This document shows, one piece after another, positions 20,155-29,384 of a stretch of 62,877 bases of DNA. Numbering within the stretch: the stretch's first letter is position 1; the number at the start of each line of letters is the position of its first letter. The translations under genes were made by a program, and so were the position numbers. The stretch lies in assembly GCA_027053075.1 (NCBI GenBank), contig JALUEE010000004.1, positions 1 through 62,877 on the forward strand, written 5' to 3'. The notes under the pieces were generated by a model. It was not told where the DNA came from. It worked only from the letters and a program-made list of their open reading frames with translations, and did no database searches. Source of the stretch: a candidate division WOR-3 bacterium (GTDB lineage Bacteria; Hydrothermota; Hydrothermia; B15-G9; WFZT01).

Positions 20155-21221
20155 TTTCCGCCCTTCCTCAGCTCCTGCTCCTTTTTAAACATCTCGATGG
20201 CCTTTTGTTTGTAGATCTTCCTCTGACCGGGGTCTTTGTCTATTTCGCCCAGGATTTTGTATGTATTCCCGAGGAAGAAATAGATGTCGGGATTGTTGGG
20301 GTCAAGGGTTTTGGCCTCGTTAAAGGCATCGATGGCCTTTTTGAGGTACTCTTCGTTAATATTGTTTGTATCCTTTACTGCCTCCTCAAAGTATGCCTCT
20401 CCAAGGCTGATCCAGGCGGTTTTATCGTTAGGCTTGTAGGATATGTATTTGTTGAACGCATAAATAGCCTGCTTATATTTCTTGAGATTGAGGGCAGCTA
20501 CACCGGCATTGAGCCAGGCGTTAGCGTTTGTAGTGTCTAATTTTGCTGCTTTTAGGAAGTTTTCAAAGGCCTTTTCGTAATTATTTTCTTTGAAGTAAAT
20601 AACACCGAGCTCAAAGTAAGCTTTTGCGTAGGTGGTATCAAGTGAAACGAGTTTCTCGAGGTGTTTTTTGGCTTCCTCTGTGTTGCCTGAGACCTCTTCC
20701 ATCAGGCCAAGGTAATAGAGGGCCTGCTTATTGTTGGGGTCAAGCTCAAGAACTTTCTTGAGGGCCTCTCTTGCCTTGTCACTCTTTCCGGCTTTCTGAT
20801 AGATGCTGGAAAGTGATAGATAGGCCTTGGGGTCCTTTGGATTAATTTTTATAGCATAGTGCAGGTACTCGATGGCCTTATCGTAATTTCCTTCTTTGTA
20901 AGCTTTGATTCCTGCGTTGAAGAATGTGAGGTACTCTGTCTGGCCGAATTTTGACACATACTTTTTCTGCGTGTCGAGTTTGAAGACCTTTTCAAAGTTT
21001 TCGGCGGCCTTAGTATAATCTCTAACTCCAATATAGGCTCTACCGAGCCAGAGATAGGCCTCTGGATTCTGGGGTTCATCTTTAACCCAGAGTTGACCTT
21101 CTTTTACGGCCTTTTTGTAGTTGTTTTGCTGTATATAAATCTTTACGCTTGATTTATGTGGGGATGTAGCGCATGAGGCTAAAAATATTATGGCTACCAC
21201 CGGCAGAAGATACTTTTTCAT
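20151..21221 (-). CDS. TPR-repeat lipoprotein
   Basis: Lipobox LASC; multiple TPR repeats; AAAGGAGG RBS before ATG 21221. Confidence 0.88.
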   Translation of the reverse strand: MKKYLLPVVAIIFLASCATSPHKSSVKIYIQQNNYKKAVKEGQLWVKDEPQNPEAYLWLGRAYIGVRDYTKAAENFEKVFKLDTQKKYVSKFGQTEYLTFFNAGIKAYKEGNYDKAIEYLHYAIKINPKDPKAYLSLSSIYQKAGKSDKAREALKKVLELDPNNKQALYYLGLMEEVSGNTEEAKKHLEKLVSLDTTYAKAYFELGVIYFKENNYEKAFENFLKAAKLDTTNANAWLNAGVAALNLKKYKQAIYAFNKYISYKPNDKTAWISLGEAYFEEAVKDTNNINEEYLKKAIDAFNEAKTLDPNNPDIYFFLGNTYKILGEIDKDPGQRKIYKQKAIEMFKKEQELRKGGK

Positions 21222-21350
21222 GTCTGATATTCCTCCTTTCAAGTTTGGGATTTGTGATGATTATAATCTCGGAAAAGTGATAGAACAACGTGTATTTGGA
21301 GTGAGGTGAGGGATGGGGTTTTGTATAAACCCGGGAATATACAGTTTTTG

Positions 21351-21394
21351 GGAGTGGGGGGTGGGGCGCGCGAAGCGCGCCCCACCATCACTCC
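21351..21394. terminator. GC-rich hairpin downstream of the multicopper oxidase
   Basis: GGTGGGGCGCGC-GAA-GCGCGCCCCACC; no U-tract on the minus strand. Confidence 0.5.
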
Positions 21395-21395
21395 T

Positions 21396-23030
21396 CTACC
21401 CTTTTATCAAAAAGTTCCTCATCATTCCCATGTCTTCATGCTCAAGATTGTGGCAGTGGTACAGGTAGAGACCGGTGTAATCCTTAAAGCTCATTATCAC
21501 CTTCGCCTCCATCCCTGGCATTAGAAGAACGGTATCCTTCCATCCATTGTCCACGAATCCATCTTTGATGGAGTCCCATCCAATATCAGAAGGTGTTCTC
21601 TCTACTATCTGAAACTGGACATCGTGCACGTGAACGGGATGAGGCATTTGCATACCCGTTCTTGAATTGACAAATTTCCACATTTCGGTGGTGTTTAGCT
21701 TGACAACCTCATCTGGTGTCACCTTTGTCATCTGGAAAGTACGACCGTTGATGGTGGGTTGCATGTGCATCATGGCAAAAACAAATGTACGAGGATTACG
21801 ATAATTTATGGCATCTTCCGGTTTGTAAAATTTTATAGTCGATAAGCTTCGGGGCAGGGTATATTTCGACTCATCTTTATGGGTGATTTTTATTCTCATT
21901 ATCTCGAACTCAGTTTCGCCCGAAAATGAGCCAACCATACCTCCACCCATTGCACCGCCCATCATGCCACCCCGTCCACCACCCATGCCACCTCGATTAC
22001 CCATCATGCCACCCCATCTGCCTCCCATCATGCCTCCACCCATCATGCCACCTCTTCCGCCCATCATTCCCATGCCTGCACCTTCGAATTGAAGGCTTTT
22101 TAAGACCAATTCGTCGCCGACCTTCCTGCCGGAAAGATCGAGCCAGAGTTCAACTCTTTCTGCCGGCCCAAGCATCAGGTAGTTTTTGGTAACGGGTTTC
22201 TCCAATAAGCCTCCGTCTGTAGCGATCACGGTGAGCGGTGTCCCATCTGACCAGGCAAGCTTATAAATTCGGGAGTTTGAGCCGTTAAGGAGTCGAAGCC
22301 TGTAGATAGCCGTTCCCAGTTCGAGGGTATAGTTTGGCCTGCCATTGACCATTATCTGGTCTCCAAGAAATCCCCACATTTTCTGCATCCTGTTTGTCAG
22401 GTAAACAAGCTGGTTTTTGGAATCAAAACTTCTGTCCTGTATCACAATGGGTATGTCGTATTTCCCTGATGGTAGATTTAGGTTCTTTTCTTCTTCGTCG
22501 CTGATGATGAATAGGCCTGCAAGTCCATAGTAAACCTGAGGACCTGTTTTTCCATGAGGATGCGGGTGAAACCAGTATGTGCCGGCCCTGTTATTGATCT
22601 CGAATTCATAGACGTATTTTTCACCCTTATTTATGACAAAACGTGGGTGACCGTCGTCCTTTTCGGGAACGTGAAGACCGTGCCAGTGAACTATGGTTTT
22701 ATCAGGAATATCGTTGTGGAAAATAACCCTCACCTTCTGCCCCCTTCCCAATCTCAAGATAGGACCAAGATAGGTATCAGAGAGGTTTTTGACGGCATTT
22801 TCTGGCCCTTTTAGAGGTTTAACCCAGTATCTCCATACCTTTGTTGAGGGGCCACTAAAGATTTGAATCCTGTCTTGCATGGCCCGGAGTTCTAATTCAA
22901 CATCCGGTTTGAAGTTAGGGTTTATCTCGGTTCGTGCTGATTTTCCTTTGAGAATACCGGGGAACACAAAGTCTCCCAATGCAGCAGCTGAGCCCAATGC
23001 TGCCAGTTTGATGAAATCTCTTCTCTTCAT
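21396..23030 (-). CDS. Tat-exported multicopper oxidase (CueO/McoA-like)
   Basis: KRRDFIK Tat motif; HWHG, WFHPH, HPVHVH, HCHNLEHEDMGM; Met/Gly-rich loop. Confidence 0.93.
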   Translation of the reverse strand: MKRRDFIKLAALGSAAALGDFVFPGILKGKSARTEINPNFKPDVELELRAMQDRIQIFSGPSTKVWRYWVKPLKGPENAVKNLSDTYLGPILRLGRGQKVRVIFHNDIPDKTIVHWHGLHVPEKDDGHPRFVINKGEKYVYEFEINNRAGTYWFHPHPHGKTGPQVYYGLAGLFIISDEEEKNLNLPSGKYDIPIVIQDRSFDSKNQLVYLTNRMQKMWGFLGDQIMVNGRPNYTLELGTAIYRLRLLNGSNSRIYKLAWSDGTPLTVIATDGGLLEKPVTKNYLMLGPAERVELWLDLSGRKVGDELVLKSLQFEGAGMGMMGGRGGMMGGGMMGGRWGGMMGNRGGMGGGRGGMMGGAMGGGMVGSFSGETEFEIMRIKITHKDESKYTLPRSLSTIKFYKPEDAINYRNPRTFVFAMMHMQPTINGRTFQMTKVTPDEVVKLNTTEMWKFVNSRTGMQMPHPVHVHDVQFQIVERTPSDIGWDSIKDGFVDNGWKDTVLLMPGMEAKVIMSFKDYTGLYLYHCHNLEHEDMGMMRNFLIKG

Positions 23031-24994
23031 GATTTCCTCCTTAAAGTTTGACTGTTTATTGCCACTATGACTGTACTTAGTGACATTAGGGCCGCTCCGA
23101 TTGCGGGATTAACCAGGATGCCAGCCCAGTAAAGTACGCCTGCTGCAAGTGGTATGGTTACTATGTTGTAACCTGCTGCCCACCATAGATTTTGCAGCAT
23201 CTTTGAATAAGTTTTGCGGGAGATATTGATGAGGTCGGGTATGGCAAGTGGATCGTTTTTCACAAGAATAATATCCGCACTTTCAATAGCGACGTCGGTT
23301 CCCGCACCTATGGCTATACCCACGTCAGCAGATACGAGTGCGGGAGCATCATTTATCCCATCTCCCACCATCGCTACAATATATCCCCTGCTCTTTAGCT
23401 CATTGATTTTTTCAGATTTTTCGTGAGGCAAAACTTCGGCAAAGTACTCATCAATACCAAGTTCCTCTGCGACCCATCGTGCTACTTCCCTGTTGTCCCC
23501 TGTAAGCATAAATACCCTGATACCCATCATTTTGAGAGTTTTTACTGCTTTCCTGGAAGATTCCCTTATTCGGTCTTCGAGTCGTATAACCCCAACGAGT
23601 TTCCCATTAACGATAACAGATACTACTGTTCCCCCTCTTCTGAAAAATTCTTCAAATTTACCTGAGGGTTTGATTTTCAAATCCTTTAGCAAATTGGGAC
23701 CGCCCAAATAGACATTTTTATTCTCGACCTCAGCATACACTCCTTTTCCTGAGATTCCTTTGAAATTTTTAAACTGGAGAGCAATTGCCCCCTGTTTTTG
23801 AGCGTAATCACTTATGCTTTTTGCGATAACATGTTCGGAGTTTCTTTCTATGGAAAAGACTATGGAGAGAAATTCCTTTTCATCCATGGTAGTGAGGATT
23901 TCACTGACACCAAACTTTCCTTCTGTCAGCGTTCCTGTTTTATCAAAAACAATTGCGTTGATTTTGCGGACCATTTCAAAGGCACGGCGGTTCCTGATGA
24001 GAATTCCACTTTTTGCGGTTATCGCAGTGGAAATCGCGACAACCAGTGGAATGGCCAGCCCAAGGGCATGGGGACAGGCTATAACGAGGACTGTTACAGC
24101 TCTCTCAAGGGCGAAGGAGGGGGTTTTAATGGGTAACCAGACGCCGAAGGTGATTATTCCTGCCACCATGGCCACGTAAAATAGGAGCGCTGCAGCTCTG
24201 TTTGCCAGGTCCTGGGTTTTTGAGCGGGATTCCTGCGCCTGTTTTACGATTTTGATCACCTGAGAGAGGTAAGTTTCATCCCCTACCCTCTCAATTTTTA
24301 TCTTGAGCACACCACTTTCGTTGATAGAGCCTCCAATTACCCTGCTACCTGGTTTTTTGTCTATTGGTTTTGACTCGCCGGTTAGAAGAGATTCGTTTAC
24401 GGCTGAAGTTCCTTCGGCAACTATTCCATCTGAAGGTATCTTCTCTCCAGGTTTGACAAGAACGATATCGTTGACTTTCAGGTTTTTTACCGGGATATCG
24501 ACAATTTCTCCGCTGGATTTTACGAGGTGTGCTTCTGAAGGCATAATTTTTACGAGTTCTTCAAGGGCCCGAGAAGCTCCAAGTACACTCCGCATTTCGA
24601 TCCAGTGCCCAAGAAGCATTACGTCAATAAGAGTGGCGAGTTCCCAGAAGAAATCCTTGCCATTGGTAAACAGTGAGGCATAGACAGAATAGAAAAAAGC
24701 CACAGTTATTGCAGTTCCGATAAGGGTCATCATCCCGGGCTGTCTTTTCTTTATCTCACCAACCATGCCTTTTAGGAAAGGGTAGCCGCCATAGGCGTAA
24801 ATCACTGTGGATAGGACGATTAAAATGTAGAGCTGGTAAGGGATATTTGTGCTGTATCCAAGAAGTGATTGAACCGCGCCTGATAGAAAAAGTACAGGCA
24901 GGGTTAGTATAGAAGAGATGATGAATCTTTTCTTAAAGTCCTCTTTATGATGGGCATGGTTATGGGTGTGTGTATTATGGTGCCCTTTGTTCAT
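23027..24994 (-). CDS. copB: Copper-translocating P1B-type ATPase (CopB-like)
   Basis: His-rich N-terminus, CPH, DKTGT, TGES, GDGINDAP. Confidence 0.9.
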   Translation of the reverse strand: MNKGHHNTHTHNHAHHKEDFKKRFIISSILTLPVLFLSGAVQSLLGYSTNIPYQLYILIVLSTVIYAYGGYPFLKGMVGEIKKRQPGMMTLIGTAITVAFFYSVYASLFTNGKDFFWELATLIDVMLLGHWIEMRSVLGASRALEELVKIMPSEAHLVKSSGEIVDIPVKNLKVNDIVLVKPGEKIPSDGIVAEGTSAVNESLLTGESKPIDKKPGSRVIGGSINESGVLKIKIERVGDETYLSQVIKIVKQAQESRSKTQDLANRAAALLFYVAMVAGIITFGVWLPIKTPSFALERAVTVLVIACPHALGLAIPLVVAISTAITAKSGILIRNRRAFEMVRKINAIVFDKTGTLTEGKFGVSEILTTMDEKEFLSIVFSIERNSEHVIAKSISDYAQKQGAIALQFKNFKGISGKGVYAEVENKNVYLGGPNLLKDLKIKPSGKFEEFFRRGGTVVSVIVNGKLVGVIRLEDRIRESSRKAVKTLKMMGIRVFMLTGDNREVARWVAEELGIDEYFAEVLPHEKSEKINELKSRGYIVAMVGDGINDAPALVSADVGIAIGAGTDVAIESADIILVKNDPLAIPDLINISRKTYSKMLQNLWWAAGYNIVTIPLAAGVLYWAGILVNPAIGAALMSLSTVIVAINSQTLRRKS

Positions 24995-25056
24995 AATTTC
25001 CTCCTTAATTCAAGCCATGGGGGGCACCGGGTGAAGGGGTTTTTAGCATCCCATTT

Positions 25057-25455
25057 TTAAACTCGCTCCTCTTTCACGTCTTTTAGGGTGGTGTTTTCAA
25101 GGAGTTCCTCAATACACCCTTTCAATTTCATCCAGAGTTTTCTTGTTTTGCATTTATCTGAAAAGGGGCAATAATCTGGATTTTCAAGGCATGGAACGAG
25201 GTTTAGGTTTTCATAAAGTTGAGCGATCTGAAGCATGGTGATTTCTTCAGGAGAGCGTGCGAGTTTATAGCCACCCCGTGCGCCGCGATAGCTTTTTATT
25301 ATTCCATTTTTTTCAAGCTCAATGGCTATAGGCCTGAGATACAGGGGAGATATCTTCAGGTTTTCACCTAATTCTGAGGTTCTAACAATTCCCTCATGCT
25401 CGGCGAGGTAGAGAAGCAATCTCGATGAGTATCTGAACTTCGTTGAAATTTTCAT
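25057..25455 (-). CDS. Rrf2 family transcriptional regulator
   Basis: SYRGARGGYKLARSPEEIT; Cys motif C-x6-C-x5-C; start MKISTK at 25455. Confidence 0.9.
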   Translation of the reverse strand: MKISTKFRYSSRLLLYLAEHEGIVRTSELGENLKISPLYLRPIAIELEKNGIIKSYRGARGGYKLARSPEEITMLQIAQLYENLNLVPCLENPDYCPFSDKCKTRKLWMKLKGCIEELLENTTLKDVKEERV

Positions 25456-25462
25456 AATTGTA

Positions 25463-25491
25463 ATTATAATGGTAACAATTCTTGTGTGCAA
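25463..25491 (-). promoter_or_regulatory. Sigma-70 promoter of the Rrf2 gene (leaderless)
   Basis: TTGCAC-N17-TATAAT-N7-ATG, no SD. Confidence 0.65.
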
Positions 25492-25548
25492 GTAAGATCG
25501 GGCTGCAACAGGGAGGATCGATGTTAGGTGGAATATTGGTGGGCAAAG

Positions 25549-25918
25549 GAGCAGGTTCGAAGATGTGACCCTTGCCATCGTCCCCCTTCCCCGCAGGCTT
25601 TGCCTGTGGGGGAGGAAGATACTTTTTGAGGTTGCGAGGAAAGGTCAAGCGAGGGGGTACCTCAAAAATCTCTCCGGAGAAAATTATAAATCTCCTTCTC
25701 CCACGAAGCGGGAGAGGGTGGGGGTGAGGGTTTTCATTTTGAATTTTTAAAAAATTTCAAGGGGTAAGTCCCCTCCCCGCACTTCGTGCGGGGACGCCTC
25801 CTTTAGAATTAACTCCTGACGGAATGCATAGAGAAGTAACCTCTCTCTTGAGAAGATTGAGCATAATAGAAATGCTCTACTTTATTCTGCCACACACAAA
25901 AATTATGGGAATAGGCTT
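25549..25918. mobile_element. Putative MITE with internal palindromes
   Basis: Ends GAGCAGGTTC / GAATAGGCTT (degenerate TIR); three internal hairpins. Confidence 0.35.
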
Positions 25919-26024
25919 AAAAATCCGTAAATTTCAGGTTTCACAATTTTAAGAAGGGAACCGGTGGCATTTTCGCTTGTATTTGACTTGATGGTCCTTT
26001 ATGGTATGCAAAATAGGAGGAGTT

Positions 26025-26576
26025 ATGAGACATCCCTTTGGATGGATTAATGAATCGAGCTGGAAGTATGTTTTCTGGTTGCTATTTGTTTTGACTTTGG
26101 TGGTTATGTTTGCCATCAAAGTAACGGGCAGACCACTGATAACTGATTCTGCGCCCGGTGGCATTGTTTCTTTTGAACTTGCAGGGAGACTTCCAATTGA
26201 AAAGACAATCCTGGAATCATGGGGCATGACAGCAAAGATTTACGCAGGTTTAAATCTTGGATTGGACTACCTCTTTCTCTTCCTCTATGCCATCACAATA
26301 GGACTCGGAGTCGTTATGATAGCAGATAGACTAAAGAAAATCAGGTTTGCATATTTTGCTGGTATTGTGATTTCCTGGCTTGTGCTTTTAGGTGGCCTAC
26401 TTGATGCTGTTGAAAACTTTGCTCTCATCAAACTTTTACTGGGCTCTATGAATGAGGCATTGCCTGTACTGGCAAGGTGGTGTGCCATCTTTAAATTCCT
26501 ATTCGTGGCAATGGGACTGATTTATCTAATCCTCGGAGGTCTGGCCAGTCTATCCCTTAAAAGAGAACCCCAATAG
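26025..26576 (+). CDS. Hypothetical membrane protein
   Basis: About 4 TM segments; GIVSFELA, LDYLF, LDAVEN; AGGAGG RBS before ATG 26025. Confidence 0.8.
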   Translation: MRHPFGWINESSWKYVFWLLFVLTLVVMFAIKVTGRPLITDSAPGGIVSFELAGRLPIEKTILESWGMTAKIYAGLNLGLDYLFLFLYAITIGLGVVMIADRLKKIRFAYFAGIVISWLVLLGGLLDAVENFALIKLLLGSMNEALPVLARWCAIFKFLFVAMGLIYLILGGLASLSLKREPQ

Positions 26577-26783
26577 CTTTTTCGTTGCAGTTTTAGCCTG
26601 ATTCCTTACTGTGGAAAAGTCCAGAAAGGTTTATCTCTCCCGGTTCATATCACAAATTTTTGGATGATTGAAATTATCTCGAAGGTGATATTCTTAAAAC
26701 TTATAGTTTTAAAGGACTCTTCTTTTTGATTTTTCAAGCGATGTTTTAAACCGCGTTTACCACCATTTCAAGCACAAACTGTT

Positions 26784-27065
26784 GAGTGTGTTCAATATTT
26801 TCACAAAAAATACTCCTCTCCCCGCATAAATACACGCGGGGAGAGGAGCAAGGAGAGGGGCTACATATTTCGAATTTTCACATAAAATGAATGATAAACT
26901 CGCTTTTCCACTCATCGACAGAATGCCTTCATCTAAAATTTTAATTTTCAAGCGGAATGCCCCCACCCCGAACCCTCCCCCACTTGCAAAGCAAGTGGGG
27001 GAGGGGAACTTAGGTCCAGTTATTTGACAAATTTAGATACAGAGAAAGATTTTTCGAACGTGCTC
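26784..27065. mobile_element. Putative MITE
   Basis: Ends GAGTGTGTTCAA / TTCGAACGTGCTC; internal palindromes; shares AAAATACTCCTCTC and ACATATTTC with 39636-39794. Confidence 0.5.
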
Positions 27066-27073
27066 CAAATTAT

Positions 27074-27121
27074 TTGACAAAATTTTATTTTGGTCTTATT
27101 ATGTGTTTATAACAATTCTAA
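27074..27121 (+). promoter_or_regulatory. dps promoter with PerR-like box
   Basis: TTGACA-N17-TATTAT at 27074-27102; TTATAACAATTCTAA at 27107-27121 versus Per box TTATAATNATTATAA. Confidence 0.65.
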
Positions 27122-27141
27122 AATAAGGGAGGTTAAAAATC

Positions 27142-27693
27142 ATGGCAAAAGTAGCAAGAGAAATGGTAGAAAATGCAGGAGTCAATGTTGATGAACTCCT
27201 GGAGCTTCTCGTAAAAAACGCAGCAGCAGAGCTCACAACCTACTATTATTACACAATCCTCAGAGCAAATCTAATTGGATTAGAAGGTGAGGGATTGAAG
27301 GAGATTGCAGAGGCAGCGAGAATTGAGGATAGAAATCACTTTGAGGCCCTGGTTCCGAGAATCTATGAGTTAGGTGGCCAGCTACCTAAAGACATGAAGG
27401 AGTTTCATGACATGTCGGCATGTCCACCGGCTTACCTGCCAGAGGATCCAACAGATGTGAAAGCAATCCTGAAGGTGCTGGTTGAGGCAGAAAGGTGTGC
27501 AGTAAGAGGGTACACACAGATCTGTAATATGACCTATGGGAAAGACCACAGAACTTATGATCTGGCGCTTTCTATCCTCCACGAGGAAATTGAGCACGAG
27601 TCCTGGTTCTCTGAGTTCCTCGGCGAGGGTCCATCCGGTCATTTCATGAGGACAGGCGAGACGTCACCCTTTGTGAAGAAGTTTTTGAAGTAA
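27142..27693 (+). CDS. dps: DNA protection during starvation protein, DpsL type
   Basis: [50 protein letters not shown]. Confidence 0.92.
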   Translation: MAKVAREMVENAGVNVDELLELLVKNAAAELTTYYYYTILRANLIGLEGEGLKEIAEAARIEDRNHFEALVPRIYELGGQLPKDMKEFHDMSACPPAYLPEDPTDVKAILKVLVEAERCAVRGYTQICNMTYGKDHRTYDLALSILHEEIEHESWFSEFLGEGPSGHFMRTGETSPFVKKFLK

Positions 27694-27695
27694 AT

Positions 27696-27736
27696 AAAAA
27701 GGGGCGGGCCGACCGAAGGTCGGCCCGCCCAAAAAA
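27696..27736. terminator. Hairpin after dps
   Basis: GGGCGGGCCGACC-GAA-GGTCGGCCCGCCC flanked by A-tracts; U-tract only on the minus strand. Confidence 0.55.
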
Positions 27737-27743
27737 CATCAAA

Positions 27744-27980
27744 ATGATAAAACTAACCCTAAAACAATTAGCAGATTTTGACGGAAAGAACGGCAACAAG
27801 GCCTACATTGCCTACAAAGGCCGTATCTATGATGTGACGGATAGCTTTCTCTGGAAGGGTGGCAAGCACTTTGTCAGGCATTATGCAGGACGCGACCTGA
27901 CAGAAGAGCTAAAGGACGCACCACACGGAGATGACATGCTTCAGCGGGTACCAGAGATCGGTATACTTGTTGACGAATAG
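27744..27980 (+). CDS. Cytochrome b5-like heme/steroid-binding protein
   Basis: FDGKNG..AYIAYKG.IYDVT, HYAGRDLT, APHG. Confidence 0.88.
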   Translation: MIKLTLKQLADFDGKNGNKAYIAYKGRIYDVTDSFLWKGGKHFVRHYAGRDLTEELKDAPHGDDMLQRVPEIGILVDE

Positions 27981-28110
27981 ACCTGATATAAGACCAAAGA
28001 CTGATGTCTCCTCTGGGGTGTCGCACAGACGGATGTGAGAAAAGCATAAAATTTGCCGACGCTTTTTGATACATACAGGTTTACTACCAAATGGACGAGT
28101 AGATCCTGTT

Positions 28111-28165
28111 TTAAATTAAGAACCCTCACCCCACCCCTCTCCCACGTAGTGGGAGAGGGAGATTT
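28111..28165. repeat. REP/BoxC-like palindromic unit; inverted copy at about 25688-25743
   Basis: AACCCTCACCCCACCCCTCTCCCAC-GTA-GTGGGAGAGGGAGATTT. Confidence 0.7.
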
Positions 28166-28169
28166 AGAG

Positions 28170-28290
28170 GAGCTCGTTCGAAAATTCCCCCTCCTATCCT
28201 CCCCCACGCACTTTGTGCGTGGGGGAGGAATAAGGAGGGGGCAAATTTTTTATTAAAAATCAAAGGTTTTGAGATTTTTCGAACGGGCTT
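28170..28290. mobile_element. Putative MITE
   Basis: Ends GAGCTCGTTCGAAAA / TTTTCGAACGGGCTT; long internal palindrome. Confidence 0.55.
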
Positions 28291-28403
28291 AGATTTCAAG
28301 TGACTCATCAATTTGTAAAGCCTGTTTAGTCTCCATTATTTTCCAGCACTTCACTCCCAAATCCGGTTGTTAATTTGCTAAAGCCTGATTATCCTTTGAT
28401 TCT

Positions 28404-29330
28404 ATGGCTATCCATGAAATCATAATGACTGTTGCCTTTTTTCTCATCATTGGAGGGCTCATTTACGTTGACCTTGAGGTGTTAAATAGAAGGTCTCACG
28501 TGATCTCCACCCGTGAGGCCCTCCTTTACAGCTTGATGTGGATCAGTGTTGCCCTTCTTTTCAATGTGGGGGTCTATTTTTACGTTGGTAAGGAGAAGGC
28601 CATCGAATTCCTGACGGCATATCTTGTGGAGGAATCCCTTAGTGTGGACAACCTGTTTGTCTTTGTTGTCATCCTCTCAAAATTTGATATTCATCCAAAA
28701 TACCAGCCGCGTGTCCTAAAGTGGGGAATCCTTGGTGCAATAGTTTTCAGGGGAATTTTTATAGTGGCAGGGATTGAGCTTATTAAGATGTTTGAATGGA
28801 TGACTTATGTCTTTGGATTGATACTCATTTATACAGGTGGGAAGCTTTTCTTTGAGAAGGATAAAACCATTGACCCCTCAGAGAGCAAGATACTGAAGTT
28901 TATAAGAAGCAAATTCCCGGTTACATTCAGGGCTCATCAGGGTAAGTTCTTTATCAAAAAGATGGGGAAAACCTTCATTACAACCATGTTGCTGGCTCTG
29001 ATTCTGATAGAAACCTCAGATATAATCTTTGCATTTGATTCCATTCCAGCAGTGATTGCCATAACGAGAGACCCGTTTATTGCCTATACATCCAACATTT
29101 TTGCCGTTCTGGGTCTACGGTCCCTCTACTTCCTTGTGAGTAACCTTGTTATGCTTTTCAGATTTCTGAAGTATGGGGTGGCTATTATCCTTGTTTTTGT
29201 TGGCGTAAAAATGCTCATTTCGAGAATAGTTGAAATACACAACCTTATTTCACTTGCAGTTATAGTTTCAATCCTTGCTATTTCCGTAATTCTTTCTATT
29301 CTCATTCCTGCTGAGAAAAGTTCAGCGTAA
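28404..29330 (+). CDS. TerC/Alx family metal homeostasis membrane protein
   Basis: EESLSVDNLFVF, DIIFAFDSIPAV, SNIFAVLGLRSLYF. Confidence 0.92.
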   Translation: MAIHEIIMTVAFFLIIGGLIYVDLEVLNRRSHVISTREALLYSLMWISVALLFNVGVYFYVGKEKAIEFLTAYLVEESLSVDNLFVFVVILSKFDIHPKYQPRVLKWGILGAIVFRGIFIVAGIELIKMFEWMTYVFGLILIYTGGKLFFEKDKTIDPSESKILKFIRSKFPVTFRAHQGKFFIKKMGKTFITTMLLALILIETSDIIFAFDSIPAVIAITRDPFIAYTSNIFAVLGLRSLYFLVSNLVMLFRFLKYGVAIILVFVGVKMLISRIVEIHNLISLAVIVSILAISVILSILIPAEKSSA

Positions 29331-29384
29331 TTCCATTATAATCTTGCACCAGGGGCTACCTGGAATAAATTCAGGTGAGGTGAA

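Noticed and set aside
21883..22192. Pro-rich plus-strand ORFs
   Set aside because: Antisense of the Met/Gly loop of the multicopper oxidase
25565..28311. Small ORFs such as 25565-25750, 26757-26966, 27941-28207 and 28053-28256
   Set aside because: They translate palindromic repeat or MITE DNA and lack an RBS or protein motifs
28291..28403. yybP-ykoY riboswitch before terC
   Set aside because: The promoter-like -10 abuts the ATG, leaving no leader
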